64,000 nucleotides of DNA from Harriotta raleighana (Eukaryota): NCBI GenBank assembly GCA_050575255.1, contig JBNZDD010013730.1, forward strand, positions 4,695,607-4,759,606, written 5' to 3'. Positions 13,941 to 25,992 of this stretch are shown here, piece by piece. Positions within the stretch are counted from its first letter, which is position 1, and each line of letters starts with the position of its first letter. A program made the position numbers and the translations under genes. The notes beneath the pieces are model-generated. The model made no database searches. It was not told the origin of the DNA and saw only the letters and a program-made list of their open reading frames with translations.

Positions 13941-14147
13941 GAAGCAAATATACCACCATTCCATCCACTGGTCATAAATGCAAGATTAGTTCCCGAACTA
14001 TCAGTCATAGCATTCCAAGAGCTGCACTCTTACTACTTTCATTAGTTACTGCCTTTGGTGTTCATCTGTTCCTAAGAACTCATATTATAAGCCCCTGAAT
14101 ACTGCCTACATTTTGGTCAGAAACTTATTGTGCCTGAAGAAGCTGTC

Positions 14148-14330
14148 CCTAAAAAAAACAATAATAAATCGATAATTTCAATCCATGACTGTGTGTGGGA
14201 CACTGCTGTGTGCAATTGGATGCCATAGATATATATATAGTCAATTCACTTTATCGTATTTTCTGTGAAGTGCTTAGAGACATCTAGAAGACTTGAAAAG
14301 CACTATGTCAAATATAACGATTATTATTGT
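14148..14330 (+). mobile_element. 5'-truncated SINE, same family
   Basis: tttcaatccatgactgtgtgtgggacactgctgtgtgcaattgga...gtcaattcacttt...tgaaaagcactatgtcaaatataacgattattatt. Confidence 0.82.
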
Positions 14331-17000
14331 GTTGCACACTTTTGCCATATCTACCGTTTAAACACCCAAAATGTAATTCCCATTCAATTTGAAAGTCAAG
14401 CTTGTCAGCTAGAAAAATGGGTAGGGATTGACATGTGCACTTGTTCTGCTCTGGTTTAGTTATAATAGCTTTTGAAATGCATATAAACTCATTCTTTCAT
14501 CAGCTAAACAGCTCAGCACAACTGAAAATGGACCCTATGACAAACCGCTGATTTTGTAAGAAAGTATAATGCACCAAAATGAGTGGATAAATGCAACACA
14601 TGATGTGATACTCAACTAAACAGAACCAGGTTTAAACTGAAACTAAGGTCAGGCGCAGCTACGATAGAGAGGGGCTATCCACTCTCAAGATGAAGAAACA
14701 CACTTGAGTAAGATACCAAATGCATCAGTAGTCAGTTGATATCTTACTCAACTGTTATTAAACTAAAGCGAAAAGAAAACAAAACTACCCCCAAGGTTTC
14801 CAAAGCTCTCCCCAGGCCTTGCCTCTTGTAACTGACACACAGAGAAATGTCTGTTGGTTCTATCTATTGCAGCTGCACATTAATATTTTGCATGTGTTTG
14901 ACATACCTTCCGTTTTCTGGGCTAAGAAGTTAATATGTATTTAAATGTGTTTCCAGCATGCTTTCATAGCACTTCAACTGGCTTTACATCCATGCAGAAT
15001 GGAGAAAGTGGCTTCACACAGTGTAGGCAGGTTAATAAGGTCACTTATTTTCTAAGCGTGGGGCAGTCACAAATAAAATTAACCAGAAACAACACTAAGG
15101 CCACTGAGAACCCCCGACCTAGTGAGTCAAGCCTTTACGAGTTCCACAGACGTTTCCTGAAATATTTTTGAATGTAAATGGACCATGGTGCCCACTTTCA
15201 GGAGGAAGATTGAGGAATGCGGCCCCAAGGCTAATGTGATTCCAAAATGTTATTAACTTTATCCTAACTGTGGCTTATGTTCATGTTCCTTCTAATGCAA
15301 GATAATGCAAAACATTGTGGACTGCTGCTCATGGGGAGATGGGGGATATGATGCATAGCTGCCTGCTGCATACCACAAACTGACACAAACCTAATCTTCT
15401 CATGCTGAAAGTTGAATAACATAGTACTGTATTGATAAATCGTGCACTCTTGTAAGCAACTAAGATTTTCCCAAACATAACCTGCTCTTAACGTGAAGCA
15501 CTAATATCAAGATTTTACCTTTTTGCTGCTGTTATCTGGTTTCAGAAATTGTTATACGGGGTTTATCTGTATTGCCAATGAGGTATGTTTTGGTGATCCC
15601 AATGTACTGTGAACCAGATGACATTTTTCCAGACATTTTTGATTAGCATTAAATGCACCATATGTTTTAAAAAGAATGCTTGACAGGTCATTTATAACAA
15701 TAATGAACTCCTTGCCTTTAATGTAATGCCTTATCACATCTTTGAAATGTCTCAAAGCGTTTCACAGAATATACTGTGAAATGAATATTTTGTGGGCAAT
15801 TTAGACAGTCATATATATATATCTGCAGCATAAGGATGGGATAATAACTTCAGCATGTTATTTGCATTGTGAAATTTCAGACACCTTTCAATCCAAGTGA
15901 TTGTTGTTTTTTGTTCAAGTAGATGTTAGTTCAATGTAATCTCAGATTGTTTTTCTACTTGCTTCGGCAATCTTGAGTTATCCAAAATTGAAATAAAACG
16001 TATGCACAAGCATATTGGCAACAAAAAAGGGACAGTACTATATTTAAATGTAGCATTAAACCATCTGCATTTTAACTTCAAATATATAAAAGTCTTTGCA
16101 CTGATACTGAGACTTTTGATTCGGATCCAAAAGATATTCCCCTAACCATGACCTATGGACACTACCAAGACAGTTCTAAAGTCTATGAAACAAGTAATGA
16201 CTGGATTCTGGAATTTCAGGCATTTTTCTTTGTGATAACTTGACATGGGCAGAATATTTGGTGTATACATGATCGTCCCGATTGGAAGCATGCTTGATTA
16301 TCACACAGCTCTTGGATGAGGGAGAATAATCTGATCTGAAACTTTTGCTGGCACTGAAAGTAAAGTGATTTCAGAATAAGTTGTTAACTGATTTTCTGTG
16401 TAGATATGTTAGGATAGTATGCTTCCAAATCCATGTGACATCTCTTGATCTTAGTTTTTTGGAAGGTGACCTTAATGTGGATTGAACTTATATCATAGTC
16501 TTTGAGAAACGGGTCTGATTTCTTTTCAACTCTGCATCCTCGTTGGAGTTTCATTTGTAACTTTGCACAAATGTGTGCTTAAAATTTCACATCCTTAAAA
16601 TGCTGCCTTGCTGAATGTTGCACGGATTTTAACTGTGGTAGCTTTTGAGTCATTCGTGATCAAAATTTTCTTTAAGCTTTTTGTTTTGTAGTGATGTTGA
16701 ATGAAATGTGATGTATTGCTTTGTGAGGTTTGACATTAAGCCAAGTATTTCTGCATGTACAATATACTAGCACGCTCTCCATTCTGTAAAACATTTCAAT
16801 TCAGTGCTCAAGTCTTGTAAACTCACATCCAAAGGTAAACGAGGTGCAGCTAATTCCATAATACAAGTGATCAATGTTGTTGATTTTAGTCTTGTTGCCT
16901 CAACTTAATTAAATTAACAAGTAGATGATCCTGTTTCTGCCTGCTTGATAAATCTTACGTAAAGTTGAAGGCACTGAATTACAACATGCTTTGGACAAAG

Positions 17001-17333
17001 TAATAATAATAATAATAATAATCCTTGCATTTGATATAGCGCTTTTCACATCTTATCAATGTCCCAAAGCGCTTCACAGAATATACTGTAAAGTGAATTG
17101 ACTGTATATTTGTAGGAGGAATGCGGCAGCCAATTGCGCACAGCAGAGTCCCACAAACAGTCATGGATTGAAATGACCAATTTTTTTATTATTGTGGTTT
17201 TTTTGGAGGGATTATTATTAGGCATGTGGAGTAAGGAAACTTGCCCAAGGTTTCGCCCTGATCTGCCTGGATTCGAACTCAGCGTCTCATGTTTGTAAGG
17301 CGAGTGCTCTAACCACTGAGCCACAGGAGCTCC
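17001..17333 (-). mobile_element. Same SINE family, full length (upstream region)
   Basis: (TAA)7 tail at 17001. Minus-strand head ggagctcctgtggctcagtggttagagcactcgccttacaa...gagttcgaatcc with A and B boxes. Confidence 0.92.
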
Positions 17334-20300
17334 TCATTAGCCTCATTAGCCTCAACAGCCTCATTAGCTCCCCTGTCCATAAACCTGTAGAATTAGATTA
17401 TTTTGCAAGTCTTACACTAGTTTATTTTATTTCACCACCATTTTTATTTTAATAATAATGATGGTCCTCATATTTAATATTTTCTCTCAAACGAGGACAT
17501 CTCAAACCGCTTCACAGGATATGCTATAAAAGTGTATTTTTATAGTGTATTTTGTATGTGAGTGGCTGCAATTTGCTGAGGCAAATTTTCTTAGATTTCT
17601 ATAGGAATATCAGTCACAAAGAGTTTCTCTTGAGAGGTGGGTGACTAGTTGAATGCTCAATCTTCCTCTTTTGTCTGGGGGAGATGGAATCTTCAATAAT
17701 ATACTTGCAATGGTGGAGTTGTCACATGTAATGCTTAGTTGTGCCTATGTGTTGTGAATGTTGTCAGGCATATAATGAATTTCATCTGTGGCACATGATA
17801 AATTGTGAATGAAATAGAATATTTATATGGTTACCTTGAAAATTCTTTAGTGAAGGTTATGTGTTTTACTGAATGGCTTAAGGCTATTTTGTCTCACTTG
17901 TCTAAGGAAATCCAAGCTGAGTGTGGTTGCAACAGTCTAGCTGTCGGCCACAGTTAGAAAAGTTCACAAGCTATGTCAGTTTGGTTTGATAACATGAAAT
18001 CATTGGACAAATGGCGTATACTGTATTTTGAATAACGTGGAAAGTATTTCTATCTGAACAAGTGAAAGTCAATCCATCTTAAAAGTTTGGGGTTTACATT
18101 TGCCTGGAGCAAAATGAACTAATGTAGCCACAAAGTCTCTCCATACGACTGTTTTCTTTGAAAAGAAAACACCTCTTTAAAACATTAGAGCAGATATCAA
18201 AAGGTCGGCCTGGTTTGATGTCTAAGGTTTCTCAAGTCTACTGATCAAAAGTTGAAGATAAAGTGTCCAGCTAACATTACAGATATGACTAATCAGACAA
18301 AATAACTCATGCTGGGGATTACAATTGTTAACCATACAAGGTTTCTCCCTGCACTGTCCAGAAGAGCTGGTGTGTATGTCCCCAATCTACCATAGAACAA
18401 GCTTTCTAAAATCTCTACTTGTTAAAAAGGATTCAGATAGACTTCATTGAGATTAGCGAATTGAAAAGCAAATTGAATCACGATGGTATCCATCGTGCAA
18501 ACATTCTAACCCCAAATACTCTTCATACCATATGTGTGAATTGTGCAGACATGTTATGTACGTATGTGTGAATGCAAACAAAAAAGTAGCTTTGACAAAA
18601 ACTAGCTAAACTAATGTTTAGATCCATTCATATGAAAGACCATGAGGACACATTTAATTGCTCCTTTCTCTTGTGTCCAAGCAGGGGAAAAATCAAGTAG
18701 AACTCCTCCTCTTAATTCTTTTTATCAATGATGTGATCCATTTCCACAAGCCTATCAATATACTGTGTCTAGACTCAAACGTGAAAAATAGACGTCTGGG
18801 TGAGCTACCAGAACACTGCTGTTGCCCTCGAAACTTCAGGGGTAGAGAGGAGAAAATCAGAAAGACAAAGTTCTTTATGAGAAGGTATTTTGTACAGGGC
18901 TACTTATTGTGGGTGCCAACCAAAGTTGATGTGCAGAAAAGGTGGAGATCCTAGTCCACATAATGGTGATTGGATTCTGAAGACTTATTAAGTGTAGCCT
19001 GTAACACACAGCACTTTTCTTGGTTTAGCATGTTGGGCAAAGCATGATTTCATTTTACTCCGAAATGAAGGCCCAGTTTTTTTTGCTGGTGAACTTTTAG
19101 TAGCTAAAAGGATTCTCATGGATTTAACATGGGAAATTTGATCTGCCCTTTAGAATAGATAGACAACAGAAATGTGAGAGTGTCCCATTAATGACTAATG
19201 TGGTTTATGCTACTTTGAGTTTTACTGAGTATGTGCCCTGGGTTAATGATTCTCAGTTTGATTGTTTTAGATTTACCGATCTCTATGAATTTTCTGAACT
19301 TATTGTGTATTTTGATAAATGGTGTGCCTGTTCTGCTCTACGTAGAAAAGACTTAGTGTGCCCTGTGCCATGTCAGCTGGGCAATTCATTTCTAAAATAG
19401 AATTATTCTCCACATAATTGTTTTGGGCATTTTTTATTTATTTTCAATCCGTTGTATCCTTCATTCATATTTCTTGAAATAGTGTAAAATACACATGTAA
19501 TAAAAATAACAAAATCACATTTGCCTGGAAGATGTCCCAAGGTGCTGTTTTATCTAATAATAAAACATAACCTGAAATAAAAGCTTCACATCTATCAACA
19601 ATTAACTGGGATTTGAATATAAATGAGGACCTGAGATTCTGTTGCATAGAATTTACAGATCTACAAAATTGGCAGGCAATTTGAGAATAAGTAAAGATTT
19701 GAGGTGAGTACAAATGGAGGAATAATTAATATTTTCTGGGAGGGGAAAAAAATAGTTCTGCCTGTTGCATTGAACTGGTTGTACTTATTAATAATATGAT
19801 CTTTGTGAAAACTATGCAGTTGAGTTTAGTTACTCGATTACATTTTCTAGTCCAGATTATTGTGTAACTGTACCAAAGCCTAGTTTGTTGAAGTGTATTT
19901 AGCTGTTAATAATCTGCAATCCAATCCTTTTACTAGGTCATGCGGTGGTTTAGAAACAACAGTTCTTTCATTCCCCGCATATTTGGAATGTTCTGTTTAC
20001 GACTACTATATAAGCGACTAAGATTTACAACATTCAATTCCGGGAGCTCCAGCTATATATTTATTCAGTTAGTCGAAAGTGAACAGAACTATTCCTTCCA
20101 TAAAGTGAACATTTAGCTTCTTGGAGAAAGTCTGGGTAATAATACAATTCTCCTCATCCATGACTTTATGTGGATTGATCTACCTAATTATGCTAGGATA
20201 CTTTAGTTTTACCACTGATTGTATAACTTAAATTTGTGCCTGTGATTAATCACACTTAAAAAAAATCCAATCTTGCCTACTTTATCAGAACAAGGCACCA

Positions 20301-21031
20301 AATATGTTCCCATATGAGGGGAATCAATACAGTGGATGAGTCACCCTATTATTTTCTCCCTGAACTGCCACTGGCTGGAATGAGAGCAATTGGCAGAGAC
20401 CCAGGGACAGACCGTGTGTTCATTCTTTCAGCTGCAAAACGATGCATTGATATGTGGCCTTGAGAGACCTAAAGAGAGGAATACAATTAAAAATAGTAGA
20501 TGGGGTGGGGGTGTTCATGGTTCTATTTGTAATCCACTGCATCATTTAAAAAAACTTTAATTTGAAGATTTGAAACAATCGCAATTTTTATTATTTGTAA
20601 ATGTATTTTATGGAGCTTAATACTTACAACGATGTATATCTCACATGTGGTATGTTATCCTGTTTGCGAAATGTAATCTAGCAAAAAAAAGATTAAATCT
20701 TTTACACACGATTAAACCCCAGTCATTATTGTGTACAGATTTCTTTTAATGTAGTATCCAATAATTTTCCCCCCATGGTGCTTTTTTCTTTGGTAATCAA
20801 CTTAACTGGATCAACCTATAACTTGATTACTAATTAAAAAATGATGGAATAATACTTCAAAGTACAGTATTGAGTCCATTCCAGTCCATACACCACACAA
20901 ATCTCCAAAGTGTTTTAATGAATGTGAGTGTGTCAAATGGTTTCTGAAAATCCCAAATGGGAATATTTACCACATCAGACCACTTCAAAGTCAGTTACTA
21001 TGTTCATATCAATCGTATAATTAAATGGAAA

Positions 21032-21133
21032 CAAAAACAGAAGTTGAGGGGAAATCTCTGCAGGTCAGGCAGCATCCATGGAGAAAGGAAACTGAGTCAA
21101 AGTTTTGGGTCCACGACCCTTTGTCAGCAACTG
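21032..21133 (-). mobile_element. Penelope-like terminal repeat fragment
   Basis: aaacagaagttgaggggaaatctctgcaggtcaggcagcatccatggagaaaggaaactgagtcaaagttttgggtccacgaccctttgtcagcaactg resembles a common shark Penelope terminal repeat (recollection). A degraded opposite-strand match lies near 1475-1565. Confidence 0.5.
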
Positions 21134-21809
21134 CAGTATTTTGGATTTCATTCCGAATTAAATGGGTTCACTTTCACTTAGTAACACTGGTAACACACGT
21201 GACTGGTATCATTGGGATTACTTCCAAGACAAAAATAACTCACTGGCCTTCATATGTAAGAGTTGATGTTCATGTAAGATTTTTAAGAAGTGTCGTAAAC
21301 CACGTGTGGTGCAACCTGATGGATCTTTTGTATAAAAATAGACAAAAACATGTCACCACTGAAGGAGGTAAAGTTCTAAATGAACATAATTTGACAAATG
21401 TTTTTAAAATGAAACAAATTGTGAATGTTCATGTTCAAACAGATTTTTAGTTAAATAAATAAAGGATATCTATTTGTAATACGATATCAAAGACCAGTAA
21501 TAAACTATTTTTGATTAGTTACCTGACAGTAAGCCAGTTTGATAATTTTTCGTGTGAATAGCCGTAGGCTAGAACTTTCTTGCCAAAGTCATTTACAGAT
21601 GAAATGGTTTCAACATTTGTTATATTTTTTTCTAGACCGATGCAGATGCTGATGGATTTCACTTTATTAAACGTTGTTGTCCAACAACATAATTTTTATG
21701 GTTTTTTTTCTAGTAGAGTATGTTTAATGTAATGCTAGTCTCAATGCATCAGTAATTAGTTACAGATTAATTAACTAACCATGTGTTGTTTACTCTAGGT
21801 TTCGTTTTT

Positions 21810-22190
21810 CTAATAATAATAATCCTTGCGTTTGATATAGTGCCCTATCATGCCTTTGCAACATCTCAAAGTGCTTCACAGAATACACTGTAAAGTGAGT
21901 TGATTGCATATTTGATGGGCAAAATGCAGGAGTCAATTGCGCACAGTAGCATCCCAATGTGTCGTGGATTGAGTGACCAAATATTACCTCCAGAAAGCAA
22001 TCCGNCTAATAATAATAATCCTTGCGTTTGATATAGTGCCCTATCATGCCTTTGCGACATCTCAAAGTGCTTCACAGAATACACTGTAAAGTAAGTTGAT
22101 CGCATATTTGATGCAGGAGTCAATTGCGCACAGCAGCATCCCAATGTGTCGTGGATTGAGTGACCAAATATTTATCACATTTTTTAAGTG
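21810..22190 (-). mobile_element. 5'-truncated SINE present twice across N22005
   Basis: ctaataataataatccttgcgtttgatatagtgccc... at 21810 and 22006; the copies differ by substitutions and two indels. Confidence 0.88.
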
Positions 22191-24389
22191 ATTATTACCT
22201 CCAGAAAGCAATCCACCTAACAATTGAGTACCTGCTTACTGTTAAGTAAACAGAGGAGGGAAGGGGATGGATTAGGAGTTGCCGATGGGACCATTGAAGT
22301 GGATCATAGGAGGGTTGATCGGGCGTAGTAGAGGATTGGGGACAGGGGCATATTGGCTGCTGCAGCGAATAAGAAAGAAGAGATGAATTTGAATAACAAC
22401 CTGGGAATAATGCAATACGGTTTAGATTTACGAAACGTCTTTCAGCCGAGCTCATGTGTGTGGAAATAGTAGGTATAGTGGTGTATTTCAGGAGAAATTT
22501 CAGATCAGCATTGATAATCTAGTTATGTAGAGAAAGACAAGAAATATAGGAGGAAAAGAGAGCAGATAATAACAATAATAATAATACCTGTAATTGCATT
22601 TGATATAGCACCTTATCACATTGAAATGCCAGATGTCACTCTACCTGGAGGTTAGAGTAAATCATCATTCGATGAGCTTTTGCTCATACTCATTATAAGA
22701 CCACTCCTCGCCCTCCCAGGCTCCTCAAAGCAAACATTGACCTGCACTATGGTTTTCTGAATTTCTCTTGTTTCACATCTTCTGATGAAAGCAGTGATGA
22801 ATGGTGTGCAGTTGAATGTACTCTATCATGACAATCCTCCAACAGTGGTTTTTATTTCATCCTTGATAGTTTCCAGTCATTGGATAAGTTTTTTCCATCC
22901 TTTCCCCTGATAGTTTTTAAGTAATTAAACAACTTAACAACATTTTTGAGTGTTAATATCCTTCAAAATTTATTAAAATGAGTCTACAAGTATAAACACT
23001 AGTATTTTATTCCAACAAAAGCTGGCATTAAGAATTTAATTCACACTTTTGACCACATTTGACAGTAGGATTTTCATTCATTGAGATGTTGCTGATGTCC
23101 TTAAAGGGATCTTTTAAAAAATAAAATACTTAAAGAGTAATTTTTCACTGAGAAATCACTTCAGGGAAAAATGATTATGAAAATCAATCAATTCACTTAG
23201 TAAACCAGAACCAAGCCTCCTTGAATGCTTTCTTTTCATTGAAAACAGTGCCTATGGCACTGAATCTTCAACTACACACTCGGCGTTAACTTAGTCAAAG
23301 GAATTTATTCTAAACGATTGCTGTATGAAGAGAGACAAATATGATTGATTCTCTCTATATCCCCACACTGGTACTGTTTCTCAGTCTGAGAAACTAAATG
23401 TAAATTATATCTGCTGAATTATGCTTCCAATACATACAAAGTAAGAAATTCAATATTGCTTACTCCAGCCTGAGCAATTAAGCGCTATCTATTCTAACCT
23501 GAAATTACAGACGCAGCAAAAACTGGATTTGATCTTGGTTTGGACTGCCAAACCCAGCCTAGTAAACTGAATATTCACAAACATTTGTTTTCCAATGCTT
23601 TGGGTGCTGCAGTCTTTTTTTTAGGAACCACAGATTTAAAATTGTTATCTAGCCTGCAGAACTGTTAGTGGAAGCCCCCCAAATCACCCCCTTTGTTCAT
23701 TTATTTGTTGCTTTTCTTATTGACTGTTTCCGAGACGTGATGCATGCCACTTTTTAGTAACTTATTTCTAGGTCATTTCACCACTGTATTGTCAATAATT
23801 ATGAATTTAAAAATGTTCTTTTATTATTTGGTAACAAGTGTACTTTGCTGAAACGTGTTCTGAAGACTTAGTTGCTTCCAATTGTCTATGGGAAGAATAC
23901 CTTTTCCTAATATATATTGATATTTTAAAATAATTTAAAAAAAATTATTATAAATAAACAAATAATAGTACTCATTTAACCTCTTCACCTAGTCTCTTCG
24001 AATAATTTTAGTCTCCCTCAGCTTTCCTTTCCTCAAATTATCTAAATCTTTTCCAGTACTGTACTGTACAGTTGCTCTCAGTTAAAATAATTTATTTCCC
24101 CACATAATTCCCTCTATTTTCTTGTTTTCCCAGTTTATTTTTCCTACTGTTAGTTTATGGATTCCCACTCTTTCTCATACTACTGTATTGCTGCTCTTTT
24201 ATACATCAGCACATAATTGCTTCTTTCTATCACACACACACACACATATTTCTGTTACAAATACATCTCACTCTTTTGCTGTTATACTCGTAGTCACTTC
24301 ATTTTCCAATATATTCTATGAAGCGATTTGAGACGTCTCAACTACGTGATAAGCCACTGTATTGAATGTGTTCCTCCTCCATGCTCTTG

Positions 24390-25690
24390 ACACTCCTCAT
24401 CTCTCACACTACTTCTCTATTACTCATCTCCCCCTCTCTTGCTCCCGCCTCTCTCACTCTTGCTCCTCTCTTTATTACTCCTCTCTCACACTATTGCTCC
24501 TCTCACACAATTACTCCCCCTACCCTCTCACTATTACTCCTATCTCTCTATTGCTCCTCTCACACTATTACTCCTCTTTGTCTATTGCTCCTCTCACAAT
24601 ATTATTCCTCTTTCAATTACTCCTCTCACACTATTATACACCCCACCATCTCACACTATTACTCCTCTCAGTCTATTTCTCCTCTGTGTATTATTCCTCT
24701 CCCACACTATTACTCTGTTCACATTCTTACTTCTCTGTGAATTACTCCTCTCCCACACTATTATTCCTCTCTCACATTATTACTCCTCTCTGTGAATTAC
24801 TCCTCTCCCACACTATTACTCCTCTCCCACACTATTACTCCTCTCCCACACTATTACTCCTCCCTGTGAATTACTCCTCTCTCATTACTACTCCTCTCAC
24901 ACTATTACTCCTCAGTGCATTACTCTTCTCCCACACTATTACTCCACTNATTACTCCTCTCCCACACTATTACTCCTCTCCCACACTATTACTCCTCTCT
25001 CACATCATTACTCCTCCCTGTGAATTACTCCTCTCTCATTATTACTCCTCTCACACTATTACTCCTCAGTGCATTACTCCTCTCCCACACTATTACTCCT
25101 CCCTGTGAATTACTCCTCTCTCATTACTACTCCTCTCACACTATTACTCCTCAGTGCATTACTCTTCTCCCACACTATTACTCCACTCACATTATACTCC
25201 TCTCTGAATAACTCCTCTCTCACATTATCACTCCTCTCTGTGTATTACTCCTCTCCCACTATTACTCCTCTCTCTGAATAACTCCTCTCTCTGAATGACT
25301 CCTCACATGATCACTCCTCTCTCTGAATAACTCCTCTCCCTCACATTATTACTCCTCTCTCTGAATAACTCCTCTCCCTCACATTATTACTCCTCTCTCT
25401 GAATAACTCCTCTCTCTGAATAACTCCTCTCCCTCACATTATTACTCCTCTCTCTGAATAACTCCTCTCTCTCAATAACTCCTCTTTCACATTATTACTC
25501 CTATTACTCCTCTCTTGTCTATTGNCTCCTCTCTGTGTATTACTCCTCTCCCACTATTACTCCTCTCTCTGAATAACTCCTCTCTCTGAATGACTCCTCT
25601 CACATTATTACTCCTCTCTCTGAATAACTCCTCTCTCTGAATAACTCCTCTCTCACATTATTACTCCTATTACTCCTCTCTTGTCTATTA
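24390..25690. repeat. Pyrimidine-rich minisatellite, units of about 17-19 nt with core ATTACTCCTCT
   Basis: Dozens of variant units such as CACTATTACTCCTCTCCCA and TGAATAACTCCTCTCTC. The + strand has very few G. Contains N24949 and N25525. Confidence 0.95.
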
Positions 25691-25720
25691 CTCTCTCTCT
25701 CTCTGTGTGTATGTGTGTGT
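25690..25720. repeat. (CT)n(TG)n compound microsatellite
   Basis: ctctctctctctctgtgtgtatgtgtgtgt lies between the minisatellite and the G-runs. Confidence 0.85.
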
Positions 25721-25992
25721 GGGGGTCTGGGGGTGGGGGGGGGGGGTGTATATGGAGGGAGGGAGGGAGGGAGGGAGGGAGCTCTGAGTGCGCCTGCGCT
25801 GTGAGCCCCAGTCAGGTGGGAGGGGGAGCCGCGGGCCGGCGGGCGGCCGATGGCTGACGTGTGTTGCCAGGAGCCAGTTCACAGCAGCAGCGGCGGCGGC
25901 GGCGAGAGAGAGAGAGAGGCAGCGGCGGCGGCAGCGTCAGCGAGAGGCAGACAGGAGGCAGGACAGCCAGTCAGCCAGCCAGCCCCGCGGGC
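25720..25992 (+). promoter_or_regulatory. SYDE2 core promoter / 5' UTR (TATA-less, GC-rich)
   Basis: G-runs and (GGGA)n at 25720-25780. NRF1-like TGCGCCTGCGCT at 25789-25800, GC box GGGCGG at 25841, CRE-like TGACGT at 25855-25860, and Inr-like CCAGTTC at 25874-25880, followed by a CAG/CGG/GA-repeat leader. The motifs are matches only; the TSS is inferred. Confidence 0.6.

Noticed and set aside
17332-17368. 9-bp tandem repeat (CCTCATTAG)n at a SINE 5' end
   Set aside because: About four imperfect units, most simply explained as slippage at the insertion junction.
1-24300. Exons of an upstream neighbour gene (C1orf52 is the neighbour I recall in other vertebrates)
   Set aside because: I found no ORF or spliceable segment resembling a known protein. 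Short ORFs here mostly have non-ATG starts or derive from repeats. A small exon could still have been missed.
24362-25281. Long Leu/Ser/His/Tyr-rich ORFs (up to 248 aa)
   Set aside because: They are translations of the G-poor minisatellite, which lacks stop codons because of its composition.
24390-25690. Repeat array superficially like CRISPR
   Set aside because: There are no unique spacers or cas genes, the units are degenerate and contiguous, and the context is vertebrate.
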